From contig JBBTTO010000002.1 of NCBI GenBank assembly GCA_038064195.1, positions 539,722 to 603,721 of the forward strand: a DNA stretch of 64,000 nucleotides, in the 5' to 3' direction. Of this stretch, positions 9,743 through 20,170 are shown piece after piece. The position numbers were made by a program, and so were the translations under genes. Position 1 is the stretch's first letter. The number at the start of each line of letters is the position of its first letter. The notes beneath the pieces are model-generated. The model was not told the origin of the DNA. It was given only the letters and a program-made list of their open reading frames with translations, and ran no database searches. The stretch is from Patescibacteria group bacterium (lineage in GTDB: Bacteria > Patescibacteriota > Microgenomatia > Levybacterales > UBA12049).

Positions 9743-10016
9743 AATCTAAAAAATTCCTTACGTAGTTTTTGCAAAGAATGCTATACATAAGCGCGTCTTC
9801 TGCTTTTTTATCAATATCAGAATTAGAAAGAACATTTGGAATGTTATCTAAAATTTTTGCGAAATAAGGTTTGACTTTAGATCTGTTTACCTCCGTAATC
9901 CTTTTCAAAGATTCTTCAGAAAAACGTTCTGCCATCTTTATTGATCTCCTGTGATACCCTATAGCAACACGCATAAGATCCATAGATAGTGATTCTATAG
10001 CTATTTTATTATTCAT
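9741..10016 (-). CDS. Hypothetical small protein (91 aa). Second gene of a two-gene minus-strand pair.
   Basis: ORF only. 4-nt overlap with the upstream 71-aa ORF suggests translational coupling. Its stop abuts repeat copy B. Confidence 0.35.
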   Translation of the reverse strand: MNNKIAIESLSMDLMRVAIGYHRRSIKMAERFSEESLKRITEVNRSKVKPYFAKILDNIPNVLSNSDIDKKAEDALMYSILCKNYVRNFLD

Positions 10017-10228
10017 AATATTTCCTGAAAGAAGAATCGGGTTAATGCATCATATCGTTTTCTAATTTCAGGATCAAGAATCTCATTTCCAGCGTTATTA
10101 TCTGTGGGTCTGATGTTAATAAAGGAATTGAAGTCAATATCTATTACTGTTTTGATGTACGAATCGAACTGTTCTTTTAGATTTTCAATTTCTTTTTTTG
10201 AATAAGGTTCAGCTTTAGTAATAATCAC
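10013..10228 (-). CDS. Hypothetical small protein (71 aa)
   Basis: ORF only, coupled to the 91-aa ORF. Divergent from the 10384 gene. Confidence 0.35.
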   Translation of the reverse strand: MIITKAEPYSKKEIENLKEQFDSYIKTVIDIDFNSFINIRPTDNNAGNEILDPEIRKRYDALTRFFFQEIL

Positions 10229-10337
10229 TCAGATAGTTTAGCATATTATCCTCGTAATTTTAAAAATGATTATGAGTAAAGTACTCTACCACAAATTCAA
10301 TCCTGCGCGACATGGATGAGCTAATAACGTTGAGTTA

Positions 10338-10366
10338 TTGAATTATTACCCCAGCCACTATATAAT
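10338..10366 (+). promoter_or_regulatory. Candidate promoter (TTGAAT - 17 nt - TATAAT)
   Basis: Consensus-like hexamers 18 nt before the ATG at 10384. Confidence 0.35.
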
Positions 10367-10383
10367 TGCCGAAAAGAACATAT

Positions 10384-11157
10384 ATGGAAAGATTTAGAAG
10401 GTTGGTCACAAGAAGAGTTCCTACAGTTGGAGAACCACCCTTAAGCATCGCAGAAGTACCTCCATCGGTTTCAGCTACTACAGCCGCACAATCGGAAACC
10501 AGAGCAAGTGAAGTTTTAGACCAAGAAAGGAAGCAATGGGAGGCTGCGTATATCGGTAGAGACTTCTTGGGTAAACGGGAATATCTGTTATCACTTGCTT
10601 TGCGGGATGACCCTTTAAAAAGAATTTACGCAGCTCTTGGAATTAATGATTTAGGGGCAGAGATTGACATTCCTCTTACTGACCTTACTCCCCAAGAAGA
10701 GTTAGCTCGGGATGCATACTTAAAAGCAACTTTTTTCGGTGAGGTTGATCCAGATAAATACCATGAATTTGCGACTGACTCATTTACAAAAGATCACTTA
10801 CTAGCGCTATTAAATAGAAATGCGGCAGGTGTCCAACCAGGCGATGTTACTGATTGGTTCCACACAACTTTTGGAGTAACCCATCTTGAACGATATGGAT
10901 CTGTTTATATTGGCTCGCATGGTGGATTAGGTGAATATGGGTATGACCACAATGCAACGATTAGCCCTTTAAAACGAGATCATGATTCTAGGCAGAGAGA
11001 TGAGACTGAGGAAATGTCGATGGGGAAAGCTATTGATTTTGCTCATGTTGTTCGTAAATCACTGCCGCATATAGATATGGTACCCTTAGCAATTCCTACC
11101 TACCTCCAAGACGCACAGGATGCTTTACAATTCCTTCCCCGAGATTGGGCAGCATAA
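10384..11157 (+). CDS. Hypothetical protein (the ORF track starts at a TTG at 10366 inside the -10; the ATG at 10384 is preferred)
   Basis: ORF with unusual composition (higher GC, Ala/Pro/Glu-rich N-terminus). No recognisable domain. Confidence 0.5.
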   Translation: MERFRRLVTRRVPTVGEPPLSIAEVPPSVSATTAAQSETRASEVLDQERKQWEAAYIGRDFLGKREYLLSLALRDDPLKRIYAALGINDLGAEIDIPLTDLTPQEELARDAYLKATFFGEVDPDKYHEFATDSFTKDHLLALLNRNAAGVQPGDVTDWFHTTFGVTHLERYGSVYIGSHGGLGEYGYDHNATISPLKRDHDSRQRDETEEMSMGKAIDFAHVVRKSLPHIDMVPLAIPTYLQDAQDALQFLPRDWAA

Positions 11158-11310
11158 GTTCTGATCTTAATACCTCTTGTCATCCTTTTTCAAAGAGCAC
11201 AAAACTTGTTGACTTTGCTTCTTGTTATTGTTACATTCAAGATGTCATAAGATGACAAAGAAATGCCATAAGAAATTTACGGTATTTCTTAAGGGCATGA
11301 AGCTAAAAAG

Positions 11311-11340
11311 CGGGCTCGCTAAGCAGGCGGCCCGTGTTTT
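11311..11340 (+). terminator. Weak rho-independent terminator candidate (CGGGC - 14-nt loop - GCCCG followed by TGTTTT)
   Basis: Hairpin plus T-run read from the sequence. Confidence 0.25.
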
Positions 11341-11365
11341 AAGACAAAGGAATTAAATCTTCTCC

Positions 11366-11394
11366 TTGTTCCCTCATTATCTTTTCAATATAAT
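11366..11394 (+). promoter_or_regulatory. Candidate promoter (TTGTTC - 17 nt - TATAAT). The ATG at 11402 is 7 nt after the -10, so the transcript would be leaderless.
   Basis: Hexamers read directly. Confidence 0.3.
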
Positions 11395-11401
11395 CCAACT
11401 C

Positions 11402-12334
11402 ATGCGTGAGAGAGATGGAAATGGTGTGTCCAGACGGGCAATTCTTGGCGCTGCTCTTGATAAAACAATTTCTCAAGACCCCCTTATCGGAAGAGCCGCG
11501 GATATACTTGCGCCTGAGACCAGACCTCAAGTTCAAAGACTCCGCGAGTTGCAAGAAGGTGTAGAGAATATCCCAACACAGATAATTGCTTCAGCTATAG
11601 GAGATGTTATTAAACTTTATCCGATAGTTTATCAAGTCGATAGTTTGGGGCCAGGTATGAACTATGTCATTGGCGCGGTTCTTCTTCCCTTAGGCTCTGT
11701 AGATGTAGAATTGCAAAATATTTATTGGCACGGAATAATTTACAGCGGTATTGAAAAATCTTCAGTCCATTTCAATCCAGATTCACAGAGTCTTGCAGAA
11801 GTACATATAAATTTTGATGGAAGTGGTGAGGATACAGGTATGTCAAATTATGGAGCAGCTGAGGATTTTAATCCTTTAATACAAATGAGCAGAGAAGAGT
11901 CTGATCTCTATGGTGAGGAGCTTGATAACCAAGGATTTCTGAACTTTGACCAGAGTATTATTTTAGAAGCTATTTATCAAGCAGTCGTCTATGGCGAGAG
12001 AAGTACCTATTGGCAAGATACTGTTGTGCCGATGCTCAGGATGGATGAATTAACCGCATTTAATAGGGCATGGCACGAGGGGTTATTGCGCTCGCGTAAT
12101 ATTGATCCCGAGTTATTTGAAGTTGTTAGTCGGCAGCTACCTATAAGAGAAAGTATGGAGCTTATTAAATCTGGAGGTAGAATAAAAAGATTGGATGCCA
12201 TGAGATATCTGGGTCGTGAAGCAACAAGGCGAGCTCGGGATTTGCTTGTGCCAAGGAATGAAGCTGGAGATTCACTGAGGCAGCTTAATGGTAGAATCAT
12301 TTTTAATGAAACTGATTTTGAAATTGATGAGTAG
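11402..12334 (+). CDS. Hypothetical protein (310 aa from the ATG at 11402)
   Basis: ORF with higher GC than surroundings. No recognisable domain. Confidence 0.5.
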   Translation: MRERDGNGVSRRAILGAALDKTISQDPLIGRAADILAPETRPQVQRLRELQEGVENIPTQIIASAIGDVIKLYPIVYQVDSLGPGMNYVIGAVLLPLGSVDVELQNIYWHGIIYSGIEKSSVHFNPDSQSLAEVHINFDGSGEDTGMSNYGAAEDFNPLIQMSREESDLYGEELDNQGFLNFDQSIILEAIYQAVVYGERSTYWQDTVVPMLRMDELTAFNRAWHEGLLRSRNIDPELFEVVSRQLPIRESMELIKSGGRIKRLDAMRYLGREATRRARDLLVPRNEAGDSLRQLNGRIIFNETDFEIDE

Positions 12335-12400
12335 TTTTTTTATATACTATCGCGTATTTCTACGGCAGAGGAACTAGCTTCAGATTAATCCCGGCAATTA

Positions 12401-13426
12401 CTATTTTGTAAATAGGAGCTGTAAGAATTCTTTATATCCTCTTTTAAATCTTCTTCGCGTCGCTACTTCAAGCATAAGTTCAATCATTGCTACAAATAAC
12501 AACCAGTAAACAAAAATAGCTATTTTCTGACTGATATATATATTACCAGATATATACGCTGCAAAGGACAAAAATATTAATACACCTGATACTAAAAAAG
12601 TTACCTCACTTCGTAAACGATAGATTAAAATACCCATCATCCAAATTATTCCAAATATACGGAAATCCTGCAGCACAAGCGAATTAAATTCAGGTGAAAA
12701 CGTCATAAAGATAATAAGAAGTGAAAGATAAAAATAATTTACTTTGGCACCGAGATTTTTATTAAACAGAGCGAAAAATACATAAAAAATGAAAGGAGTG
12801 AGATGAAGTAATTGTTGAGCTGAATCTGCTACATTTGAAGAGGGTTTTGTTGTTTTTCTTTCAATAAAATTAACTGTATCACCAATATTTAGTAGGGCAT
12901 ATTTTATGGAGTATTTGTATTTAGTGACAAAAATTTGTTCATGTGGAGAAACATAGATTGCATCATCCTTTTTACCCAGCGTTGATTCGATCTGAAAATC
13001 ATACGTTTTCCCTTTTGAGTTGACAATTACCGGAAAGCCGAAGGTAAAAAGTTGATTATCCTGGAATTGGTCAACTTTATAATTTGCTTGATAATACCAG
13101 TCTCTTTCACCTTTTTCTTTTATCTTAAAAATAAGGATGTCATTACCTGCTCGTTTATAAGTGCCAAACCTTATCGCGAGGATTCCCAAATTGTTTGAGT
13201 GTGCGACGAACTCTCCGGTTATTATTTCCCCTTTCATAAGAGGTGTTTTAATCGGAGCAATTATATCTTTTTGAGTTTTTGGGTAAGCAATTATTGAAAC
13301 TGGCTCGCTTGTATCGAAGTTACGAAAAAAATAAAGAAAAAAACCAAATAGGAGAAGAGCACAAGGAATAATGAGCCATTTTAAGAGCAGATAAAAGAAA
13401 TGATGTGTTTTCATAACAAGTAACAA
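12401..13426 (-). CDS. Hypothetical integral membrane protein
   Basis: Multiple hydrophobic segments. No motif recognised. Confidence 0.45.
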   Translation of the reverse strand: MLLVMKTHHFFYLLLKWLIIPCALLLFGFFLYFFRNFDTSEPVSIIAYPKTQKDIIAPIKTPLMKGEIITGEFVAHSNNLGILAIRFGTYKRAGNDILIFKIKEKGERDWYYQANYKVDQFQDNQLFTFGFPVIVNSKGKTYDFQIESTLGKKDDAIYVSPHEQIFVTKYKYSIKYALLNIGDTVNFIERKTTKPSSNVADSAQQLLHLTPFIFYVFFALFNKNLGAKVNYFYLSLLIIFMTFSPEFNSLVLQDFRIFGIIWMMGILIYRLRSEVTFLVSGVLIFLSFAAYISGNIYISQKIAIFVYWLLFVAMIELMLEVATRRRFKRGYKEFLQLLFTK

Positions 13427-13469
13427 TTATTCTAATCTAAATCGGTAAAATGATAAAATATCATTTTTC

Positions 13470-15014
13470 TTGTTTGCTGGGCTTTGGCATTATGTTACTA
13501 TGTTATTATGCTACCATAATGCCATAAAAATGTTTATCAACTTTCTTAAGAAAAATTTTCATATTCTTTTACTTCTCACTATCCTTTCCAGTATATTCAG
13601 AATTTTCTTTATGGACAACATTCAGTTCGCGGCTGATCAATCTTTCAGTTTTTGGACTGTATATTCCTTAGTTGTTAATCACCAGGTTCCATTTATTGGA
13701 ATGATGTCAAGTGCTGGATACTATAATTTCCCGTTATTTGTCTATTTTTTGTCCTTTCTTTCTCTTATATACACTGAGATACGATTCTTAACTTTTGAGA
13801 TCGCTCTGTTGAATGTTCTAGCTGTCCTGGGCTTCTATTATTTTGCCAGAAAATTTTATTCTCAGTTTGTGGCAGTTTCATCGTCATTATTGCTCTCCCT
13901 TGCGCCGTGGCCTATTCTTTTTTCACGTGTTATTTGGCAACAGGATGTCATTATAGTATTTCTTCTTCCTTTTCTCTATTTTCTCCATCGCCTCATCTAT
14001 CTTAAGGACAAAAATTCTTCCTTTGGCTTATTTCTTTTCGGAACACTACTTATGCAAATTCACACTTCGGGTATATTCTTTGTCGTGATAACCGCAGTCT
14101 ACGCTTACTCCCAAAAAGTTTCGATCAAAAAAATACATGCGATTTTAGGAACTGTTCTTGGACTCATACCGGCTCTTCCTTACTTCAGATATCAATTTTT
14201 CTCAGGTATCCTTTGTGCTGATTGCTCCCGCTTAGCCCATACCCGTTCAAATACATTTACCCTTGATATATTTAATTTTTTACGACCCTTAGAACTGTTA
14301 ACAACTTCTAACTTTGATTTCCAGCTAGGGAAAAGTTATCAGGAGTTTGTTAACTCCAGTTTTTTGGTAACCCCCATACAAATTGTTACGTTATTTAGTA
14401 GCATTTTGGTACTCATTGGTATCTATGTTGTTCTTAAGAAAAAGAGAAAGTATAACTTGTTAGCAGTCTACGTCATATTTTTACCAATTTTATATTTTTT
14501 TACTGGGAACGTTGCCTATATGCATTACTACGCTGTTATTGTTCCAATTGTGGCCTTACTTGCCGGTCTCGGGTTCCAGTATTTGCTGCAGCTAACCAAA
14601 AACAAAAGAATACGGAGATCTCTTTACGTTCTGTTTTCACTTGTTTTGATAAGTTTTTTTCTTTTTGAAGTTCTGTTTAATTCATTTCTCTCGACCAAAA
14701 AGATAGTGTTAGGAGATTATGCTCGTATCTGGGAAGTCGGAGAAAATATAATGAATCGCCGGCTACAACCGTATAGGCATGAACCTTATTATACAGAGTT
14801 AAAATACCTTTCATCTATTTATATCTATAGTACTCTGTTTCATTTAGTAGCAGGAGATTATTTAGTAACAAAAAACAATGTAAAAGGAGCCATCTTTGAA
14901 TATTCACAGTACTTAGATGGTACACCTGACATACCAGGTACACCTGGCGATATTCAAGTAAGACAAAAACTGGAAAACCTTAAAGGCTTACTGCAAAATG
15001 AAAAGCAGAAGTAA
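13470..15014 (+). CDS. Polytopic membrane protein, possible GT-C-type (ArnT/PMT-like) glycosyltransferase. Start may be at 13530.
   Basis: At least 10 predicted TM segments and a composition similar to the GT39/83-like proteins elsewhere in this window. Confidence 0.35.
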   Translation: MFAGLWHYVTMLLCYHNAIKMFINFLKKNFHILLLLTILSSIFRIFFMDNIQFAADQSFSFWTVYSLVVNHQVPFIGMMSSAGYYNFPLFVYFLSFLSLIYTEIRFLTFEIALLNVLAVLGFYYFARKFYSQFVAVSSSLLLSLAPWPILFSRVIWQQDVIIVFLLPFLYFLHRLIYLKDKNSSFGLFLFGTLLMQIHTSGIFFVVITAVYAYSQKVSIKKIHAILGTVLGLIPALPYFRYQFFSGILCADCSRLAHTRSNTFTLDIFNFLRPLELLTTSNFDFQLGKSYQEFVNSSFLVTPIQIVTLFSSILVLIGIYVVLKKKRKYNLLAVYVIFLPILYFFTGNVAYMHYYAVIVPIVALLAGLGFQYLLQLTKNKRIRRSLYVLFSLVLISFFLFEVLFNSFLSTKKIVLGDYARIWEVGENIMNRRLQPYRHEPYYTELKYLSSIYIYSTLFHLVAGDYLVTKNNVKGAIFEYSQYLDGTPDIPGTPGDIQVRQKLENLKGLLQNEKQK

Positions 15015-15067
15015 CTATTACTAAATCTGCTGGACCTCTGAAATCCCTAAAGTCGTATAATACGTAA

Positions 15068-17383
15068 GTGTACATGAATTTCTTAAGATTTCTCGGAATA
15101 TTTTCTTGTTGCCTCTTACTCGTTAGTTTTATAATCTACCTTTTCCCTAAATTTAACAATATAGCCACTTTTTCAGCAGCTATCCAGTCTGCACATAACT
15201 CAGGTTCCGTCAAATTATTTCCCATTGAGTCATTTGTTTATTTCTTGATGTTAAGCGGGGACTGGCTTTTTGCAAGAATAGATAACCTCATTCCGTTCTT
15301 TCCATCGTTTATCCGAGTTGTCTGGTGGAATACTCAGGTAATTTCTTTCGTTTCGTTAATACCGGTGATCGGATTATTTGCCTTCGGGATCTTGAGAAAA
15401 CCCAAAGTTTCACTATTTCTTTTCTGTCTCTTTTTTCTCTGGCTACTTTCTCCCGGCAAATTGATGACCAATAGCTGGAATTCCTATGTTATTACCCATA
15501 GATTTGACATCAAATTTCCCTGGTCAGAAAGATATATTTGGATGAATGACGGCAATGATCATAACAATGAGTATGTACAGTACAACTATTCCTGGCTTCA
15601 GAAAAATAGAATACAAAAGTCAGAGATTACTATTTCTTGCCTCGGACATTATCGTCTCTCAGTCAATAATAAGCGAGTTTATCATGGTCCAGCATTTGCT
15701 GTTTTACCGAAAGTCTATACTGATACGCTGAATATCGCTCCATTTATACATCTAGGGGAGAATGAGATCGAAATTGTCTGTCTTCATATTGATGGTATAA
15801 ATCATGAATATCCTGCTTATCTTACAAGCGGTCTTTTGGTCGGAGGTCAAATTCAGGATGGGATTTTGGCTCATAATTTGGCTGACAATCGGCTGTGGAA
15901 GCACACCATTACGCAAACAGTCAAACCTGTAGAGCGGATATTTGATGCTGGGTATAAAGAGGCATATGACCTTACCAAGTCAGAAGTATTTTCTCATATT
16001 CCTTATAAAATCGAACCAAAATATATAATTCTTCCTCGTCCAATACCTCTTTTGAACTATCAGTTTGCTAAGTTAAATGAGATAGCCCCAGGTATCTATG
16101 ATTTAGGTACTTTCTCAACCGGTTATTTACGTATACAGTCAAAGCAAATCAAACCGTGTAGCGAAAATATTATATACGGAGTAAGTCTCGATCAGACCGG
16201 CTTTCCTCTGATCTATATGGGACAAAAAGATTCGTTAGTTTTTCCGGCAAAAAGTATAGACTGGGAACAAATGTCACGTCGATCGGGAAGGTATATCGGA
16301 TTTAAAGGTAATTGTGATATGAATAAAATGAAGGTTTCCTTCACACGGGTTTTAAATAACTTATCTCTCCCCAATGCTCCGAAAAGTTTAACAGCCGAGG
16401 ACAAATCAATTTTTGAGATCAGTCTTAATTCTCTGCGAAATAATGTTCAGGATCATATCGAAGATTCTGTTGATCGGGAGAGAGCGACTTATTTGGGGGA
16501 CGCTCTTGCCGTCTCACGCTGTCTTCTTGTTGAAAGCGGCAATGAGGATATGGTCAAACAAACGATTTTACAATTTGCGGAGAGTCAAAAGAGCAATGGT
16601 TCTTTCCCGTCAATGGCTCCCTCAGGCCTTGATCAGTTCATACCATCGTACTCACTCCAGTGGTCTGAGCTTTTGGATTTGTATATGGTTAAAACCAATG
16701 ATAAGCAGTTTGCTAAGGCAATGTGGCCCCATCTTCAAAAATTGGCAGGTTGGGCTAAAGACAATACTTCTCCGGAGGGGTTTTTTACAAACATTCATCA
16801 TGAAAAAAACTGGTGGAATTTTTTTGACTGGACACCCACCTCGACATCACTTGCGTATCAAACCCAAAATCAGTTGTTGTACCTGCGCACGCTGGAAATT
16901 ACAGCGGAAGTAACAAAAACACTTGGTAGGGATTCAGATCAATATCAAAAACAAGCACTAACACTTAAGAAAAATCTTTTGGTCTATGCCTTTGACTCAA
17001 ATAAAAAAGTGTTTTTTGATAGTTTTGATTTGACAAAGAGAGATGGAATTAGCTTGGTAACCAACGCTCTGGCAGGATCATTGGGAATTTTTCCAACCAG
17101 TCTGGCCAATGATTCAGCAATCGAGTATTTTAAGGATGACTACACAACGCAAAGTCCATATTCCGAATCTTGGGTAGTAGACTGGATGATCCGTTCCGGT
17201 AAAAAAGATTTGGCTTTACATACAATACGTGACTACTGGGGAGGTATGGTCAGAGACGGAGCCACAAATGTTTACGAGGTTTATAAGCCCGGGGTACTGA
17301 GGCCTGACGAGCTCAACCAAAGCTATTCTCATGCCTGGGGCTGTGGCCCTGTATATCAATATAAAAAGATAGTTACGGAGTAA
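15068..17383 (+). CDS. Membrane-anchored six-hairpin glycosidase-like protein (GH78 alpha-L-rhamnosidase-like C-terminal domain)
   Basis: N-terminal TM segments. The C-terminal region has DRERATYLGDA, which resembles the RDER.GW.GD motif of GH78, and W/F-rich (alpha/alpha)6-type sequence. Confidence 0.35.
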   Translation: MYMNFLRFLGIFSCCLLLVSFIIYLFPKFNNIATFSAAIQSAHNSGSVKLFPIESFVYFLMLSGDWLFARIDNLIPFFPSFIRVVWWNTQVISFVSLIPVIGLFAFGILRKPKVSLFLFCLFFLWLLSPGKLMTNSWNSYVITHRFDIKFPWSERYIWMNDGNDHNNEYVQYNYSWLQKNRIQKSEITISCLGHYRLSVNNKRVYHGPAFAVLPKVYTDTLNIAPFIHLGENEIEIVCLHIDGINHEYPAYLTSGLLVGGQIQDGILAHNLADNRLWKHTITQTVKPVERIFDAGYKEAYDLTKSEVFSHIPYKIEPKYIILPRPIPLLNYQFAKLNEIAPGIYDLGTFSTGYLRIQSKQIKPCSENIIYGVSLDQTGFPLIYMGQKDSLVFPAKSIDWEQMSRRSGRYIGFKGNCDMNKMKVSFTRVLNNLSLPNAPKSLTAEDKSIFEISLNSLRNNVQDHIEDSVDRERATYLGDALAVSRCLLVESGNEDMVKQTILQFAESQKSNGSFPSMAPSGLDQFIPSYSLQWSELLDLYMVKTNDKQFAKAMWPHLQKLAGWAKDNTSPEGFFTNIHHEKNWWNFFDWTPTSTSLAYQTQNQLLYLRTLEITAEVTKTLGRDSDQYQKQALTLKKNLLVYAFDSNKKVFFDSFDLTKRDGISLVTNALAGSLGIFPTSLANDSAIEYFKDDYTTQSPYSESWVVDWMIRSGKKDLALHTIRDYWGGMVRDGATNVYEVYKPGVLRPDELNQSYSHAWGCGPVYQYKKIVTE

Positions 17384-17436
17384 CTGCGAGAATTTAAGCC
17401 TGTTTTTTCTTCTCCAGACAGGTATACTGGAGAGAG

Positions 17437-18780
17437 ATGAAGAGAATCGCTTTTTACGGTGCTTCCGGTGAGGTTACGGGATCTTCATATTTGGTTACCA
17501 ACGCGAATGATTCCCAATTTCTTATAGATTTTGGTATGTTCCAGGGTCCCAAAGAAGTCGTTGATCTCAACTACAAACCCCTGCCCTTCAAACCCTCAAG
17601 TATTGCTGCTGTTTTTCTGACGCATGCTCATTTAGATCATTGCGGGAGACTGCCCTTACTTGTTTTTAACGGATTCAACGGCAAAATCTACATGACCGCT
17701 CCGACCAGAGCTTTTGTCGAGATCATCCTGAATGATTCCGCCAAAATTGCCATGGAGAGTACGGACTATGCTCCGCTTTATGGTATGGAGGAAGTAGAGA
17801 AAGTCATGCGAATGATTGAGGTAGTCAGTTACGAAAAAGAGTTCTCGGTTGGCAATTCATCAATTATCTACCATGATGCAGGTCATATTCTCGGTTCCGC
17901 AAGCATTGAAATTCATGACCGGGGGGATAATAAGCGGATGGTTTTCAGCGGTGATCTGGGTAACAGCCCCGAAGACATTGTCAGGCCAACAACCTTTATT
18001 GATCAGGCAGATTACGTCGTCATGGAGTCAACGTATGGTGATAAATCCCACCCTAGAGAGGATGTTTCAGTAATTATTAAAGAGGAAATTAACGCCACTG
18101 AAAAAAACAGCGGCGTTCTTCTCATTCCTGCCTTTTCACTTGAGCGGACACAGGAACTTTTGCACCGGATCCATCATTTAAAAAAAGACGGCAGCATTAA
18201 CGCCGATACGCCGGTTTTTCTGGATAGTCCCATGGGTATTCATGCCACAGTCATTTTCAGGGACTTCAAAGAGTTTTATAACGACGAGCTTAGATCACAT
18301 ACCGATGATCCTTTTGATTTTCCGGGACTGGTCATCACTGAAGAGGCTCGGGATAGTAAAGAGATTATTAAAGCCATGGCTCCTAAAGTCATCATTGCCG
18401 GATCGGGAATGCTCTCAGGCGGCCGCATCATGCATCACGCGGTTAATTATTTGAGTGATAAATATACGCGGGTGCTTTTTGTAGGCTATCAGTCAGAAGA
18501 GACGTTGGGGCGAAAAGTCAGTGAGGGGGCTAAGCATATCCAGATTGATCGTCATCAGATCAACGTAAAAGCAACAATTAATTCGATTCAGTCACTTAGT
18601 TCACATGCCGACCAGCCAAAGCTGATTACCTGGATAGGTCATATAAAAGGCGTGCAAAAGCTTTTTCTTACCCATGGAGAAATCACTCAGCGGGAAGTCC
18701 TTGCCCAAAAGATTAAAGATACTCTCCACTCACCAAGCATCATACTTCCGCTCAACGGTCAGGAGGAAGTCTTAGAATAA
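17437..18780 (+). CDS. MBL-fold beta-CASP metallo-hydrolase (RNase J / CPSF-like RNA-metabolising nuclease)
   Basis: HAHLDHCGRLP metallo-beta-lactamase motif plus a beta-CASP-like C-terminal half. Confidence 0.7.
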   Translation: MKRIAFYGASGEVTGSSYLVTNANDSQFLIDFGMFQGPKEVVDLNYKPLPFKPSSIAAVFLTHAHLDHCGRLPLLVFNGFNGKIYMTAPTRAFVEIILNDSAKIAMESTDYAPLYGMEEVEKVMRMIEVVSYEKEFSVGNSSIIYHDAGHILGSASIEIHDRGDNKRMVFSGDLGNSPEDIVRPTTFIDQADYVVMESTYGDKSHPREDVSVIIKEEINATEKNSGVLLIPAFSLERTQELLHRIHHLKKDGSINADTPVFLDSPMGIHATVIFRDFKEFYNDELRSHTDDPFDFPGLVITEEARDSKEIIKAMAPKVIIAGSGMLSGGRIMHHAVNYLSDKYTRVLFVGYQSEETLGRKVSEGAKHIQIDRHQINVKATINSIQSLSSHADQPKLITWIGHIKGVQKLFLTHGEITQREVLAQKIKDTLHSPSIILPLNGQEEVLE

Positions 18781-18799
18781 GTTAATAGTAATTATCCTC

Positions 18800-18828
18800 T
18801 TGACAGTGTTATTAGCAAGGAGTATATA
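18800..18828 (+). promoter_or_regulatory. Candidate strong promoter (TTGACA - 17 nt - TATATA) for the RHS/Tc-like operon
   Basis: Consensus -35 at 18800-18805 and -10 at 18823-18828. Confidence 0.4.
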
Positions 18829-18857
18829 GTGAGGGTAAGGTAGAGATCCTACCATAT

Positions 18858-20168
18858 ATGGGTAAGCTAACACACAAAGTTGCCCTGTTATCATTAACAA
18901 TTCTTTTCTTCTTTTCCACCTCGGTTGCTCCTGCGCTGGCTGCAATTACTTACCTTTATGATGCCAACGGTAATCTGACATCCGACGGGAGCAAATGTTA
19001 TGAGTACAATCAGGAAAATCAATTGGTCAAAGTTAAGACGTGTGGCAACAGTCAGACTATCGCCGAGTATGTCTATGATTATCAAGGTCAGCGATTAGTC
19101 AAAAAAGAATACAGTAACGGTACGCTGCAAAAGACCACTTTTTCTCCCGGCGATTCATATGAAACCGTAAAGTTAGTAAGCGGTACGACGCAAAACACTT
19201 CATATTATTTTGCCAATGATGAGCTCATCGCTAAGAAAAATCCCGATGGCTCAAAAAATTATTTCCTCACTGATCACTTAGGCTCTGATTCCGTCCAGAC
19301 AAATCAAACCGGGACATCGGTTGAGTCTACTCAATACGATCCGTGGGGAGAAGTATTGGCTGGAGGAACGAAAAATAAATTCCAGTACACAGGTCAGGAA
19401 AAAGACAGTGAGACAGGGCTCAACTACTACAACGCGCGCTACTACGATCCCCACACCCGCCATTTTACCCAGGCAGATGGGTTAGTGCAGGACATTTATG
19501 ATCCACAACTACTTAACAGATACGCTTACGTACGTAATAATCCGATCAAATATTCAGATCCAAGTGGAAACTTTGTTTTCTTGGCTGTACCTCTAACAAT
19601 GTGGGTGGTAGCAGCATTCTTAGGTGGTTCAGCAGTCTATACTGCAACTCCTCAGGGACAAAAAACAGTTCAGAGTGCACTTAGATCGGCTTATCAAGGA
19701 GCCAATAGTTTAGTATCACAGTCTAGGAACGCTGTATCGAATGTATCAAAAGCAATAGCTAATTCTACAAAAACTGGATCTCAATCTACCAACCCGTCCA
19801 ACTCTTCTCCAAAGAATAACTCACCATATGGGAAGAGTCCAAACTTAGGGCCAATTCAAAAAATAGCACCACTCGCTCCAGCAGCAGAACAGGCAATCGA
19901 AAAAATCCATGGTAACGATCTCAGAAATTCTTTGAATACAATTGGTTACACCTTGAGAGATACAGGTTCCGGGGTCATTCAAAAATTCGGTATAACCTCA
20001 AATCAAGCGAGTAGATATTCCCAAACTTATCTCAATTCAAATAAGCTTGAGCTTGTACAAGAGGTTGAGGGCTCCAGGCATGATGTTTATGTCTGGGAGC
20101 ATGAGCAAATAGGAGAGTACTTAATGAAGAATTTAGAATTACCTTCACTTAATAAGTCATTGCATTAG
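18858..20168 (+). CDS. Secreted short RHS protein: signal peptide, a few YD repeats, RHS repeat-associated core, and a variable C-terminal toxin domain
   Basis: Signal peptide. YD repeats (YLYDANGNLTSDG...). Rhs core ...GLNYYNARYYDPHTRHFTQADGL...NRYAYVRNNPIKYSDPSGN (TIGR03696-type). This is followed by a ~200-aa unrelated C-terminal domain with a hydrophobic helix. Confidence 0.7.
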   Translation: MGKLTHKVALLSLTILFFFSTSVAPALAAITYLYDANGNLTSDGSKCYEYNQENQLVKVKTCGNSQTIAEYVYDYQGQRLVKKEYSNGTLQKTTFSPGDSYETVKLVSGTTQNTSYYFANDELIAKKNPDGSKNYFLTDHLGSDSVQTNQTGTSVESTQYDPWGEVLAGGTKNKFQYTGQEKDSETGLNYYNARYYDPHTRHFTQADGLVQDIYDPQLLNRYAYVRNNPIKYSDPSGNFVFLAVPLTMWVVAAFLGGSAVYTATPQGQKTVQSALRSAYQGANSLVSQSRNAVSNVSKAIANSTKTGSQSTNPSNSSPKNNSPYGKSPNLGPIQKIAPLAPAAEQAIEKIHGNDLRNSLNTIGYTLRDTGSGVIQKFGITSNQASRYSQTYLNSNKLELVQEVEGSRHDVYVWEHEQIGEYLMKNLELPSLNKSLH

Positions 20169-20170
20169 TT

